Positions 47,578 through 58,219 of a stretch of 64,000 bases of DNA are shown one piece after another. Made by a program: the position numbers and the translations under genes. Origin of the DNA: Blastocatellia bacterium AA13. GTDB taxonomy: Bacteria > Acidobacteriota > Blastocatellia > UBA7656. How positions within the stretch are numbered: the first letter of the stretch is position 1; every line of letters begins with the position of its first letter. The stretch spans positions 6,487-70,486 of the forward strand of contig QHVH01000041.1 of the NCBI GenBank assembly GCA_003222245.1, in the 5' to 3' direction. The notes beneath the pieces were generated by a model. The model searched no databases, was not told the DNA's origin, and saw nothing but the letters and a program-made list of their open reading frames with translations.

Positions 47578-48657
47578 ATGCGAGAGCGAACCGCTGTATA
47601 TCTTCGAGTTGTCTATATTGCAGTATTCTCAGTATTCCTACTGGTCATCACGTCCTGCGGCGACAAGTCAATGAACGGAGAGGTTAAGGTTCAGGGCGCA
47701 GGCGCCACCTTTCCGTACCCGCTATATCAAGAATGGTTTTCTGAATACAATAAGAGCCACTCCAACGTTAAGCTCGATTACTCCTCCATAGGCTCAGGCG
47801 GAGGAATAAATCAGATTACATCGCGCACCGTCGATTTCGGAGGCTCGGACGCGCCGATGACGGCCGAACAATTGAAAGCCGCGCCGGGTGAGATATTACA
47901 TATTCCAACCGTGCTTGGAGCCGTCGTCATTACTTATAACCTGCCCTCGGTGACAACCGAGATGAAGCTGACTTCGGATGCAGTCGCGGGAATTTTTCTC
48001 GGGAAGATCACGAAGTGGAGCGATGCGGCGATCAGCGCGTCAAACCCCGGAGTCACGCTGCCGGATTCGACCATAACCGTCATTCATCGCTCGGATGGAA
48101 GCGGAACCTCGTTCGTGTTCACCGACTATCTCTCAAAGGTCAGTCAGGATTGGAAGGACAAAGTCGGAGCCGGCACATCGGTTCAGTGGCCGGCAGGCGG
48201 CGGCGAGAAAGGCAACGAAGGCGTGACAGGCAGGGTGAAGGGAACGCCGAATTCGATCGGCTACGTCGAACTAATATATGCCCAGGAAAACAAGCTTCCG
48301 GTGGCATCGATCAAGAACGGCGCAGGCAATTTCGTTAAGCCTTCGCTTGATTCAACGACCGCGGCAGCCGCGAGCGTTTCGGGCCAGATGCCCGATGATC
48401 TGAGAGTCTCCATTACCAACGCTCCGGGAGCGGACGCATATCCGATCGCGTCGTTCACCTACCTCCTTGCTTACAAAGAACAGGAGGACGAGCGCAAGGG
48501 GAAAGCGCTTGTGGACTTTATGTGGTGGGCGATTCACGACGGCGAAAAAATGGCCAGGGGCAAGCTCTACGCGCCGCTGCCGGATGAGGTCGTCAAAAAG
48601 GCCGAGGCGAAGGTGAAGTCCATAGTATTCAAAGGCAAGCCGCTTTTGCAGAGCTAA
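47578..48657 (+). CDS. pstS: Phosphate ABC transporter substrate-binding protein
   Basis: AGGAGG-ATG. Signal/lipoprotein N-terminus (…LLVITSCGD). The canonical PstS motif GAGATFPYPLY. First gene of pstSCAB. Confidence 0.92.
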   Translation: MRERTAVYLRVVYIAVFSVFLLVITSCGDKSMNGEVKVQGAGATFPYPLYQEWFSEYNKSHSNVKLDYSSIGSGGGINQITSRTVDFGGSDAPMTAEQLKAAPGEILHIPTVLGAVVITYNLPSVTTEMKLTSDAVAGIFLGKITKWSDAAISASNPGVTLPDSTITVIHRSDGSGTSFVFTDYLSKVSQDWKDKVGAGTSVQWPAGGGEKGNEGVTGRVKGTPNSIGYVELIYAQENKLPVASIKNGAGNFVKPSLDSTTAAAASVSGQMPDDLRVSITNAPGADAYPIASFTYLLAYKEQEDERKGKALVDFMWWAIHDGEKMARGKLYAPLPDEVVKKAEAKVKSIVFKGKPLLQS

Positions 48658-48696
48658 GACAGGCCATTCACCAGCTCAACCCTCGACAATCGTAAG

Positions 48697-49701
48697 ATGA
48701 GCCAGACCACCACAACAAGGGGGGCCTCGCCGGCCGGGGTCCTCCGTCTACTGGCCGCGCCCATCAATGCGTGGCGCGGCTCGATGAGCCCGCTCGATTG
48801 GTTGTTTAAGCAAACCACATTTTTCTTTGCGCTGATGGTTGCCGGAGCGGTGATCTTCATCATCATTGAAATGGCGATGAACTCCTCGCTGACGTTTCAA
48901 AAGTTCGGCTGGAGTTTTGTGTCGCGATCCGCGTGGAACCCGGTACGAGACGACTTCGGGTCGCTGCCCTTCGTGTATGGCACCGCCGTGTCTTCAATAC
49001 TGGCGTTGATAATAGCCGTTCCCGTCAGCGTCGGCGTTGGTGTTTTTCTGGTGGAGACCGCGCCGAAAAAACTCGCGACTCCGATTTCATTCGTAGTGCA
49101 ACTGCTGGCCGCGATCCCGTCCGTCGTGTATGGGCTGTGGGGAATCTTTGTTCTTGCGCCGCTGTTGCGTGATCGGATCTATCCCGCCATTCAATCGAAG
49201 TTTGGATATCTGCCGATCTTTCGGGGCAATCCGAATGGACTGGGTTTGCTTACCGCTGGAATCATACTGTCGATTATGGTTGTTCCAATAGTCACGGCGG
49301 TCACGACTGATGTGATGCGCGCGGCGCCGGAAGCCCAGCGTGAAGCTTCGCTGGCTTTGGGAGCGACAAAGTGGGAAGCCACTCTGATCGTGCTTCAGAA
49401 CGCCCGCTCGGGAATAACAGGAGCGATCATTCTCGGGCTTGGCCGTGCTATCGGAGAGACGATGGCGGTAACGATGGTGATAGGGAACCGCCCGGAGATA
49501 TCGCTGTCGATCTTTGATCCTTCTTACACCATCGCATCGACGATCGCCAACGAGTTCAGCGAGGCTACGACCGAAATTTACAAGAGCGCTCTTGTCGAAT
49601 TGGGGTTGATACTGTTTGTCATCACCTTCGTCATTAATATAGCCGCCCGGCTGCTTGTCTGGGCGGCTACTCGCGGACAGGGGAAGGCCGCCGATGCGTA
49701 G
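48697..49701 (+). CDS. pstC: Phosphate ABC transporter permease
   Basis: Multi-TM permease with the EAA-type loop (…LALGATKWE…) between pstS and pstA. Confidence 0.9.
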   Translation: MSQTTTTRGASPAGVLRLLAAPINAWRGSMSPLDWLFKQTTFFFALMVAGAVIFIIIEMAMNSSLTFQKFGWSFVSRSAWNPVRDDFGSLPFVYGTAVSSILALIIAVPVSVGVGVFLVETAPKKLATPISFVVQLLAAIPSVVYGLWGIFVLAPLLRDRIYPAIQSKFGYLPIFRGNPNGLGLLTAGIILSIMVVPIVTAVTTDVMRAAPEAQREASLALGATKWEATLIVLQNARSGITGAIILGLGRAIGETMAVTMVIGNRPEISLSIFDPSYTIASTIANEFSEATTEIYKSALVELGLILFVITFVINIAARLLVWAATRGQGKAADA

Positions 49702-50530
49702 GATCTGGTTTCGCAAGGCCATCAGCTCAACGATCACCGCATTGACCAGCATTTCGGCGGTCGCGGTGATCGCCGTACTAATTGCGATTCTCGGTTATAT
49801 AGCGGTAACCGGCGTGAGCAAGCTCAGCATCAGCTTCCTTGTCAATGATCCGAAACCAATCGGCGAACCCGGCAGCGGGATTGCAAATGCAATCGTAGGC
49901 AGTTTCATCCTCATCGGAATCTCTTCAGTCATCGGCATGCCGGTCGGAATCCTGGCGGGCTTTTATCTTGCTGAGTTCGCATCGGACCGCGTGGGGATGA
50001 TCATTAGATTCTTGATCGATACTCTAACCGGAATGCCGTCCATAATCGTCGGCGTATTTGTCTGGACTATTATGGTCAAGCCGATGGGCATCTTCTCGGC
50101 GCTCGCGGGCGGAGTTTCGCTCGCGATAATAATGATGCCGATCGTCGCGCGTACAACCGAGGAGATGATCAGACTTGTGCCTCACAGCATGCGCGAAGCG
50201 GCGCTTGCGTTGGGGGCTCCGGTGTGGAGGATGAGCCTGGGCGTCGTATTGAGAGCCGCGGCGGGCGGTGTGGCGACCGGCGCGATGCTGGCGATCGCTC
50301 GAATAGCGGGCGAGACCGCTCCGCTGTTGTTCACCGCGCTGGGCCGCAGCTATACGAGCACGGATATCTTTCAGCCTATCGCATCGCTAACTTATCAGAT
50401 TTACTATTATGCTGGATCGCCTTATGAGGAATGGCATTCAATGGCGTGGTCGGCAACCCTGGTTCTCGTCGGAATGATCTTGGCGATAAACGTCACCGTG
50501 AAGTTCCTCGCCCGGAATCGGCATGCGTGA
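49694..50530 (+). CDS. pstA: Phosphate ABC transporter permease
   Basis: Multi-TM protein with …EAALALGAPVWR…. ATG 49694 overlaps the pstC stop. Confidence 0.9.
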   Translation: MRRIWFRKAISSTITALTSISAVAVIAVLIAILGYIAVTGVSKLSISFLVNDPKPIGEPGSGIANAIVGSFILIGISSVIGMPVGILAGFYLAEFASDRVGMIIRFLIDTLTGMPSIIVGVFVWTIMVKPMGIFSALAGGVSLAIIMMPIVARTTEEMIRLVPHSMREAALALGAPVWRMSLGVVLRAAAGGVATGAMLAIARIAGETAPLLFTALGRSYTSTDIFQPIASLTYQIYYYAGSPYEEWHSMAWSATLVLVGMILAINVTVKFLARNRHA

Positions 50531-50683
50531 GACAGCCCGCGGCGTGAAAGAGCCGCGACAAAGTATGATGGACAGGAAGGCTGCCGTTTGGTCCGCGAGA
50601 CAATATGAATCAGCAGAAGAATCTCACGGGCGCAGCGAGACCTTTAGCTAGCAGCCGTCGCCAAAACTAGAGGAGATGAGCGA

Positions 50684-51475
50684 GTGCCGATTTCCAACCC
50701 CCCAAACGCCGCCAGCGCGCGGCCTAAGATGGCGGTTTCGAATCTCAATTTCTATTACGGCCGGATTCAGGCCCTTAAAGGAATCTCGCTCGACGTTGCT
50801 CCAAACAGGGTCACGGCGTTTATTGGGCCGTCAGGCTGCGGGAAATCCACCCTGATCAGAACGTTCAATCGGATGAACGACATCATACCGGGGGCGCGGG
50901 CCGAGGGCCGAGTCGAGCTGGACGGCGAAGATATCCTCGCCCCTGGAACCGACGTTGTCTCACTCCGCGGACGGGTCGGTATGGTTTTTCAGAAGCCGAA
51001 CCCGTTTCCACGCTCGATCTTTGACAACGTCGCATACGGCGTCAGGATCAACGGGCTGGCGGGCTCCAAGTCCGAGTTGCACGACCGAGTAGAATCGAGC
51101 CTGCGCGCCGCCGCGATTTGGGACGAGGTCAAAGATCGGTTGAAAGAATCCGCGTTCGGTCTTTCGGGCGGCCAGCAGCAGCGCGTATGCATAGCCAGGG
51201 CGCTGGCGGTTGAGCCGGAAGTGCTGCTAATGGACGAGCCGACTTCGGCGCTCGATCCAATAGCGACGCAGAGAATCGAGGAGTTGATCGCCGAACTGAA
51301 AACGAAGTACACAATCGTGATCGTTACTCACAACATGCAGCAGGCCGCTCGAGTATCCGACCTCACCGCGTTCTTCTGGCTGGGCGAGATGATCGAGTTC
51401 AACGCGACCGAGAAGATGTTCACGAAGCCTGATAATCGAATGACCGAAGACTATGTGACCGGCCGTTTCGGATAA
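50684..51475 (+). CDS. pstB: Phosphate ABC transporter ATP-binding protein
   Basis: GPSGCGKST (Walker A), [25 protein letters not shown], and the PstB-typical C-terminus. Confidence 0.95.
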   Translation: MPISNPPNAASARPKMAVSNLNFYYGRIQALKGISLDVAPNRVTAFIGPSGCGKSTLIRTFNRMNDIIPGARAEGRVELDGEDILAPGTDVVSLRGRVGMVFQKPNPFPRSIFDNVAYGVRINGLAGSKSELHDRVESSLRAAAIWDEVKDRLKESAFGLSGGQQQRVCIARALAVEPEVLLMDEPTSALDPIATQRIEELIAELKTKYTIVIVTHNMQQAARVSDLTAFFWLGEMIEFNATEKMFTKPDNRMTEDYVTGRFG

Positions 51476-51519
51476 AGACTTTCACGCGCGCCGGCGACGG
51501 CGGGTGAATCAGAGGGTAA

Positions 51520-52179
51520 ATGCGAAAACGTCTCATCGAAGAAGATTTGAATCTCCTTCGCGACAAATTATTGATTATGGGTGGAGCCGCGGAGAAAGCG
51601 ATCATGCTTTCGATGCGCGCGCTGATGGAGCGCGACTCGGATCTCGCGCAGCGCGTCATCCGCGAGGACGACAATATAGACCAGATGGAAATCGAGATCG
51701 ATCAAATCTGCGTCGACGTGCTCGTGTTGAAGCAGCCTGCCGCATCCGATCTCAGATTCGTGATATCGGTAGCCCGCACGGCTCCTATGGTCGAGCGAAT
51801 CGCCGATCACGCGGTGAACATCGCAAAACATGCCGTCACGCTGAATGACGAACCGCAGGTGGATTGGGGGATCGATCTCTCGGGCGTATCAAGGGTCGTG
51901 CAGGAAATGCTTGTAGAGGGGCTCGACGCGTTTACCTCAGGCGATCCGGACCGCGCTCGCGCGACCATCGCGAGGGACGATGAGGTCGACGCTACATATG
52001 ACAGGATGTACGACAGAGTCATCGAAGTCATGACCGGCGAGTCAAACACGGTGGCGAGGGGCGCCGAATGGCTCGCAATTCTGAAGCATCTGGAGCGCAT
52101 AGCCGACTACGTCACGAACATCTGCGAGCAGATCGTTTATATGGCGAGAGGCCAGGTGATCAAACATTCCATATGGTAG
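51520..52179 (+). CDS. phoU: Phosphate signalling complex protein PhoU
   Basis: Duplicated PhoU domains (…ADHAVNIAKHAV… / …ADYVTNICEQIVYM…) directly after pstB. Confidence 0.9.
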   Translation: MRKRLIEEDLNLLRDKLLIMGGAAEKAIMLSMRALMERDSDLAQRVIREDDNIDQMEIEIDQICVDVLVLKQPAASDLRFVISVARTAPMVERIADHAVNIAKHAVTLNDEPQVDWGIDLSGVSRVVQEMLVEGLDAFTSGDPDRARATIARDDEVDATYDRMYDRVIEVMTGESNTVARGAEWLAILKHLERIADYVTNICEQIVYMARGQVIKHSIW

Positions 52180-52892
52180 CCAACATTGATGATAGGCGAG
52201 TACGCACCGTAGTCATCGTCGAAGACGACGAAGACATCGCGGATTCGATTCGATACAACCTCGAGCGCGAGGGCTTTCGGGTTCGCGTAGCTACAACCGG
52301 AGAGGATGCGCTGAATCTTATCCTCGATCGGCCGCCGAGCCTGGTTCTGTTGGATCTGAACCTTCCGCGGATGAGCGGCTTCGAGATTTGCACGCGGCTG
52401 CGGGCGGAATCCGCTACGGCAAGGCTTCCAATTCTGATGCTGACCGCGCGCACCGATGAATCCGACAAGGTTCTCGGATTGAGTATCGGCGCCGACGACT
52501 ACATAACAAAACCGTTTGGCATGCGCGAGCTGGTCGCCCGAGTCAACGCGGCTCTGCGGCGGGCCGATCCATTTGAGCCGGCGCAACGCGTGTTTGACAA
52601 CGGCGTCTTGATGATCGATCCCGCCGCGTTCAATGTTCGGCATCAGGAAAAGGACATCAAGCTTACGCGAAAAGAGTTTGCTCTGTTATGGGAGTTGGCT
52701 CGCAATCAGGGCCGCGTTATGACCCGCGAGGTCTTGATGGACAGGATCTGGGACATCTCTTATCACGGAGATACTCGGACGCTGGACGTGCACATACGCA
52801 GACTCAGAAAGAAACTGACCGGCTGCGACTTGATCGAAACCGTTACGGGCATCGGATATCGAATGCGAGACTCGCGAAAAGATACGGCCTAA
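52173..52892 (+). CDS. OmpR/PhoB-family response regulator, with no cognate histidine kinase gene adjacent
   Basis: Receiver domain (VVIVEDDEDI…LLDLNLPRMSG…) plus winged-helix (…LTRKEFALLWELARNQGRVMTREVLMDRIW…GIGYRM). ATG 52173. Confidence 0.85.
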   Translation: MVANIDDRRVRTVVIVEDDEDIADSIRYNLEREGFRVRVATTGEDALNLILDRPPSLVLLDLNLPRMSGFEICTRLRAESATARLPILMLTARTDESDKVLGLSIGADDYITKPFGMRELVARVNAALRRADPFEPAQRVFDNGVLMIDPAAFNVRHQEKDIKLTRKEFALLWELARNQGRVMTREVLMDRIWDISYHGDTRTLDVHIRRLRKKLTGCDLIETVTGIGYRMRDSRKDTA

Positions 52893-53335
52893 AACGAGTG
52901 ATTTCCGGAAATATTTCCAGCAACGAGCCGCTCCAGATCTCTTCTCCCGCGTTCTAACTGCTCGGATAGAGCGTTCATCGTCGCGACGTTCGCCGACAAT
53001 GCCGATCGAGCCCAGGTGAGCTCTTCAAGCTCTCGACGGCTTATTCCGCTCTCGGTTTGCGCGCGAGATTGAAGATACTCGACTCGCTCCTTCAATCGAT
53101 CAAGATAGTATTCGGCCTGACCCAGGTTCGCCGCCGCGACTTTGATTTCCAACTGCTTTGCCCAGACCGCCGCATCGTCTCCGTTTGCCGACGCAGTAGA
53201 CAGGGGACCGAAGCCGGGGCTCATTCGAACCGGCCGCGATTCCGTCTCGTGATCATAGAAGCTGACTTGTCTCTCGAGCATTTCTTTCCTCACTTCTATT
53301 GTTTCAGCGGATGTTCCTCGTCCAACGAGATTCAC
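52889..53335 (-). CDS. Hypothetical coiled-coil protein; uncertain, as an overlapping plus-strand ORF exists
   Basis: ORF only. Confidence 0.2.
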   Translation of the reverse strand: MNLVGRGTSAETIEVRKEMLERQVSFYDHETESRPVRMSPGFGPLSTASANGDDAAVWAKQLEIKVAAANLGQAEYYLDRLKERVEYLQSRAQTESGISRRELEELTWARSALSANVATMNALSEQLERGRRDLERLVAGNISGNHSF

Positions 53336-53846
53336 CTCTGCTGCCGCAAGATAAACTCTAGCCCGTGGGAATTATGCACGCGTTACCTCGGCCTTAAGGC
53401 TGAGTTAAATCGACTTCTTTGTATCTCGGTGTTGTTCGCCGACGGGGAACCGTCAATGAGCCGGGAGCAAAGCGCGGCGAAACTCCGCATGGTCGAGACA
53501 ACCCAATTCTATGATCGATCGCGGGATAACGGCGGATTATCGGTCGATCTCGAGCGGACCAAGATTGGTGAGGAAACGTTTACCGTGCCCGCGCTTCGCG
53601 CACTTCCCCGTTTGATCGAGAGGTTGACCTCTATTACGCGTGCCGCACGTGCATGCGCTGACGAAGTTCACATGGAGTTAAGGGCGCTTTCATAGATCGT
53701 TAAGGCGAGGTTGTTAGACTCCGCGATTTGAATCAGCACGCCGTGTTTGCGGGCCGGATGAGCCGTAATCACTGAGTCTCATGGCGGTTCGCTTCTATCG
53801 CCCAATCGCAATGACAGAGTCTTTCCATAAATCTACAGGAGGAGAA

Positions 53847-56800
53847 ATGAGGAAGAGGCAGGATCGCTTGCGGCGGCGCCGCTCAATCAGCAGCTTTATT
53901 ATCTTAACAATGTTTACCGGGTTGCTATTGCACTCCGGTGTGTCGGCTCAAACGGATAACGGGCGCATCGCCGGAACCGTGCGCGACCAGAATAAGGCGG
54001 TTGTCGCCGGCGCCGCTATCAAGATCAAAGACGAACGCACCGGACAGGAGCGAAACATCGTTTCGTCGGATCAAGGCCAGTATCTTCTAACGGCATTGAA
54101 GCCATCGGTATATACGATGAACATCAGCGCGAACGGCTTCGCTGTTGCCGAGTTCACCACCGTGCGACTGTCCGTGGGCCAGGAACTCATCTTCGACGTC
54201 GATCTGAAGCCGGCCGGAACAAGTGAAGTAATTACCGTAGTCGGTTCGGAAGAGCCCGCGCTCGACGTCAGCTCCGCTCGAATGGGAGCCAATGTCAATC
54301 AGCGTGAGGTCGAAGGACTCCCGATAAACGGCCGTCAGCTCTCCCAGCTCTATTTGCAGGCGCCCGGCTCGGTGAACACCGGCTCAGGCACATTTCAAGA
54401 AATTCGGTTCAGCGGGAGATCGAACGAACAGAATGCGATCCGCTATGACGGAATAGAAGGAACGGCCATCATCGATGCAAGCCCGGGCAATCTGAACGGC
54501 GAGCTGGCGTCTCCGTTTCGGCTCCAGACCAGTCTCCAGAACGTTCAGGAATTCAGGGTCGAATCAAACAACTATCCGGCCGAGTACGGAACGGGAACGG
54601 GCGGTCAAATCAGCGTCATCAGCAAGTCGGGATCGAACAGGTTTCACGGGTCCGCGTTTGAGTTTCTCCGCAACAACGTACTTGATGCGCGCAATTTTTT
54701 CGACCGCGACCGGAAAACGCCGCTTCGATTGAATCAATTCGGCGGCTCGTTCGGCGGCCCGATAGTCAAGGATCGCTTCTTTTTCTTTTTGAGCTACGAA
54801 GGGTACCGCTTGCGCTCCGGGCTCAATTTTATAGAGGCTGCTCCGAGCGCTCTCGCGGCGGCCAGGGCTGTTCCCGCGGTCAGGCCCTTGATCGATGCCT
54901 TCCGAGGGCCCGGCGCGATCGTGCTTCCGGGCGCGTCGGCTAATCCGGACTTCGACATCGTGCAACTTCAATCGAACTCGGCTGTCGACGAAAATGCCGG
55001 CGGGGCCCGCTTTGATTTCAAGCTCAACGACCGGCATTCGCTCTATGCGCGCTACTATCGCGATCAGGGAAGCAACACTCAGCCGGAGGGAATAACTGGG
55101 CGGCAATCGGTACTAATAGGGAATCCGCAGAACGCGGTTCTCGCGTTTCAGTCGACGCTCTCTTCAACAATCATCAACGAAGCGAAATTCGGCTTCAACG
55201 AAGCCATCACGCGAGTAAACGGCGTCGCGCCCACAGTGAACGGAATCGATCTCTCCGCGATCACGATCAACATCTCCGGCAACGTCGCGAACACCGGCAT
55301 CGCGGGACAGGGGAATTCAACAGGCGTTGCGATTCCCGGCGGACTGTTGCGTCAGAACAGCGCGACCAACGGCCGCGGAGCGCCTTACACTCCCTATAGC
55401 CTCTCGTTCATCGACAACCTGAGCTGGACAAAAAGAAGTCACAGCTTGAAGCTCGGCGCTGAAGCCCGTTTGATTCGCATCTACACCGATCGGCTCGGCG
55501 GAACAACATATACCTACTCGAACCTTAACGACTTCCTTGCGAACAAGCTTCAATCGGTTCAATTGACTGACGATCTAAGCAATCCGAGCCCGTTCAACGG
55601 AGGAGCGACCGGTACTCGGCAGGCAAAGCAGGAATACTACATCGGCTATGCTCAGGATGAATGGAGAATAAGGCCGAATCTCACGCTCAACTACGGACTT
55701 CGCTACGAATATTATTCGCCGCTTCGCGAAGACAGGAACCTTGATGTTCGCTTCAACATAGTCACCGGCCAGTTGGACTCGCCCAGCGATGAATTCTTTA
55801 CCTCACGGAAATCCAATTTTGGACCACGCATCTCAATGACGTGGTCGCCCAATGCAAGCGGCTCAGGTTTCTTTGGCGGCGGACGAACCGTGCTTCGCGG
55901 CGGCTTCGGAATATTCTACGGCCCCGGCCAAACCGAAGATCAGATCCAGCCGATCGAGAGCGACGCTATTCGAATCACGCAGAGCGGCGGCGCGTTTCCG
56001 GCGAACCTGAACACATTGCGCGCGAACTTCATCAGCAATCCGAACAACCGCCAGTACCAGCCGCGCGCCTATGCGCCTGACTACCAGGTGCCGGAGCGCA
56101 TCTTCGAGTACAGCGCTTCGCTTCAACAGGAACTCCCTTACAAAATGGTTTTGACCGCGGCATACGTAGGCAGCCAGGGCCGCAATCTCTTTCTTCGCAG
56201 CGTTGCCAATCAGATTGTGAACGTCCTTCCCAACGGCACGGTCATCCGGGAATTCGATATCGTTCAGCCCGGCGGCGCGATCCTGCGGCCGTTTGCCGAA
56301 GTCGACTTCAAGACCAGCGGCGGCAGCGACAGCTACAACGCGCTTCAGATGCTCCTTGTGCGCCGGTTCAACTCCGGGCTGACCTTGAGCTCTCAATACA
56401 CGTTTGCAAGGAGCTTTGGGAATACATCCGGTTCAAATGACGCATTGACCTCCGGCAATCTTGCGCGCACCGCCGCGGAAGCACCGGCTGGCGGCCACAC
56501 AGCCAGTTTCGACTATGACAACGGCTACAACATCTTCGACGTCCGGCACTCTTTCAATTTGAGCGCGCTTTATGCACTGCCGTTTGGAAAGGGACGCGCG
56601 CATCTATCCGGCCTCGCAGGCTTCGGACAAGGGCTCATCGGAGGTTGGGAAGTAGGGACGATCATTAACGCGCGCAGCGGCCTGCCCATCGACCTTCGAG
56701 TGACGAGACCGGACGTAGTCTTTCAGTGCGCAGGCGGCGTCATCGTCTCGAGCGCCGCGCCGGGTTGCAAGGCTTTGATTAACACTCTGGGCGGAGGCGC

Positions 56801-57233
56801 CTCGCGCGGTGTTCACAGGCCCGACTTGATACCGGGAGTTGATCCGTTTCTCGGAAGCGACCGTCAGTTTCTTAACCCGGCCGCGTTCGCCATACCGGCC
56901 CCAGGTACGGATGGGAATCTCAGGCGCGGCCAGTTGCACGGACCTGATTTCCGGCAGTTCGATATGGTGCTGAACAAGCGCTTCCAGCTTGCCGAGTCGA
57001 CCAACCTCGAATTTCGAGCTGAGTTTTTCAATCTCTTCAACCATGCAAACTTCGCCAATCCCCCTTCCACTCTTCCGAACGCATTGGGAACCGGCGCGAA
57101 CCAGATACAGCCGGGCCAGCCGTTCACGAGCGCAGCGGCGGGAAGCTTCGGTCTCTTGAACTCGACCGTCGCAAGGACAGTAGGATTGGGAACGAACCGC
57201 CAGATCCAGTTCGCATTGCGATTGAATTTCTGA
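53847..57233 (+). CDS. TonB-dependent receptor-like outer-membrane protein with an N-terminal carboxypeptidase-regulatory-like domain
   Basis: AGGAGG-ATG 53847. Signal peptide, then GRIAGTVRDQNKAVVAGAAIKIKDERTGQERNIVSSDQGQYLLTALKPSVY (CarboxypepD_reg fold). Long beta-barrel ending ...FALRLNF (C-terminal Phe). Confidence 0.85.
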   Translation: MRKRQDRLRRRRSISSFIILTMFTGLLLHSGVSAQTDNGRIAGTVRDQNKAVVAGAAIKIKDERTGQERNIVSSDQGQYLLTALKPSVYTMNISANGFAVAEFTTVRLSVGQELIFDVDLKPAGTSEVITVVGSEEPALDVSSARMGANVNQREVEGLPINGRQLSQLYLQAPGSVNTGSGTFQEIRFSGRSNEQNAIRYDGIEGTAIIDASPGNLNGELASPFRLQTSLQNVQEFRVESNNYPAEYGTGTGGQISVISKSGSNRFHGSAFEFLRNNVLDARNFFDRDRKTPLRLNQFGGSFGGPIVKDRFFFFLSYEGYRLRSGLNFIEAAPSALAAARAVPAVRPLIDAFRGPGAIVLPGASANPDFDIVQLQSNSAVDENAGGARFDFKLNDRHSLYARYYRDQGSNTQPEGITGRQSVLIGNPQNAVLAFQSTLSSTIINEAKFGFNEAITRVNGVAPTVNGIDLSAITINISGNVANTGIAGQGNSTGVAIPGGLLRQNSATNGRGAPYTPYSLSFIDNLSWTKRSHSLKLGAEARLIRIYTDRLGGTTYTYSNLNDFLANKLQSVQLTDDLSNPSPFNGGATGTRQAKQEYYIGYAQDEWRIRPNLTLNYGLRYEYYSPLREDRNLDVRFNIVTGQLDSPSDEFFTSRKSNFGPRISMTWSPNASGSGFFGGGRTVLRGGFGIFYGPGQTEDQIQPIESDAIRITQSGGAFPANLNTLRANFISNPNNRQYQPRAYAPDYQVPERIFEYSASLQQELPYKMVLTAAYVGSQGRNLFLRSVANQIVNVLPNGTVIREFDIVQPGGAILRPFAEVDFKTSGGSDSYNALQMLLVRRFNSGLTLSSQYTFARSFGNTSGSNDALTSGNLARTAAEAPAGGHTASFDYDNGYNIFDVRHSFNLSALYALPFGKGRAHLSGLAGFGQGLIGGWEVGTIINARSGLPIDLRVTRPDVVFQCAGGVIVSSAAPGCKALINTLGGGASRGVHRPDLIPGVDPFLGSDRQFLNPAAFAIPAPGTDGNLRRGQLHGPDFRQFDMVLNKRFQLAESTNLEFRAEFFNLFNHANFANPPSTLPNALGTGANQIQPGQPFTSAAAGSFGLLNSTVARTVGLGTNRQIQFALRLNF

Positions 57234-57279
57234 TCGAGATAGTTCTCTTGTCGAGCCTCCGTTCGCGTGAGCTGATAAC

Positions 57280-57319
57280 GAGGCCGCTCGCCTGAGAGGG
57301 CAGGCGGCCTCTTTTTTTT
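57280..57319 (+). terminator. Rho-independent terminator after the TonB-dependent receptor gene
   Basis: GC-rich hairpin gaggccgctcgcctg-agag-ggcaggcggcctc followed by T8. Confidence 0.7.
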
Positions 57320-58181
57320 GACCTCTCCAAGAACGAATCATATAATCCGGTTCCGTCAATTCGAGCCGGATGTTACTTTGTCGCGTCGCCTCTCAATCGA
57401 ATTCACCATCGCGCTCACGCTTCTGACCGTGGCCGCATGTACAAAGCGGCCGGAACCAATTTCAACCAAATCAGAACCGGCGCGTCTTCCGATGACCGAT
57501 TCCAATTCAAACGGTCTTCCAGATGCAATGGAGCTGAGATCGTTTGAAGACCGCCAGAGCTTCAGGCGATGGTTTACCGCAATCGCGGAGATGCAATTCT
57601 ACGGACCCAGCAGCGAGTGGAATCCGAGCCAGCGCGATTGCGCCGGGCTCGTGAGGTTTGCTGTAAGAGAAGCGCTGCGCCGCCACGACCGCGCGTGGTT
57701 TCAACGAATGGGCCCGGCCTATGAAACGATCGCGGCGGACGTTCGCGCATACACGCTTGAAACAAGTCCTCTGGGCGAAAAGATTTTCAGGACACGAGAA
57801 GGAGGTTTCAACAAGAGCGATCTTGACGATCGAACGTTTTCGGAATTCGCGGACGCGAGGACTCTCAAGAACTATAACTGCGTTTTTGTGGGCCGAAACC
57901 GGGACCTTGCAAGACCGGGGGATTTGCTATTTTTTTATCAGCCGTGGGTTCAGAAGTTTCCCTACCACCTTATGATTTTCATCGGCCAGCCGCGTCAGGC
58001 ATCGGAAGGCCGCGCGGATTGGGTCGTCTATCATACCGGGTCGTCACCGGAAGACGAAGGAACAATAAAGAAGGTGCGCCTGGCTACTCTGGATCATCAC
58101 CCGGACAAACGGTGGAGACCGATCGATGCGAATCCGAATTACTTGGGATTCTTTCGACTCAAAATACTCGGCGACGAGTGA
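57318..58181 (+). CDS. Hypothetical lipoprotein (possibly DUF1175-family)
   Basis: Lipobox-like …LLTVAAC. No catalytic motif recognised. Family assignment is from memory only. Confidence 0.4.
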   Translation: MTSPRTNHIIRFRQFEPDVTLSRRLSIEFTIALTLLTVAACTKRPEPISTKSEPARLPMTDSNSNGLPDAMELRSFEDRQSFRRWFTAIAEMQFYGPSSEWNPSQRDCAGLVRFAVREALRRHDRAWFQRMGPAYETIAADVRAYTLETSPLGEKIFRTREGGFNKSDLDDRTFSEFADARTLKNYNCVFVGRNRDLARPGDLLFFYQPWVQKFPYHLMIFIGQPRQASEGRADWVVYHTGSSPEDEGTIKKVRLATLDHHPDKRWRPIDANPNYLGFFRLKILGDE

Positions 58182-58219
58182 GCATCGAGCGTTAATAACG
58201 GAACGAACAAATCCACTGT

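Noticed and set aside
53057-53695. 212-aa plus-strand ORF overlapping the 52889..53335 minus ORF
   Set aside because: Neither ORF has motifs or a convincing RBS, and they are mutually exclusive. They are reported only as one low-confidence hypothetical.
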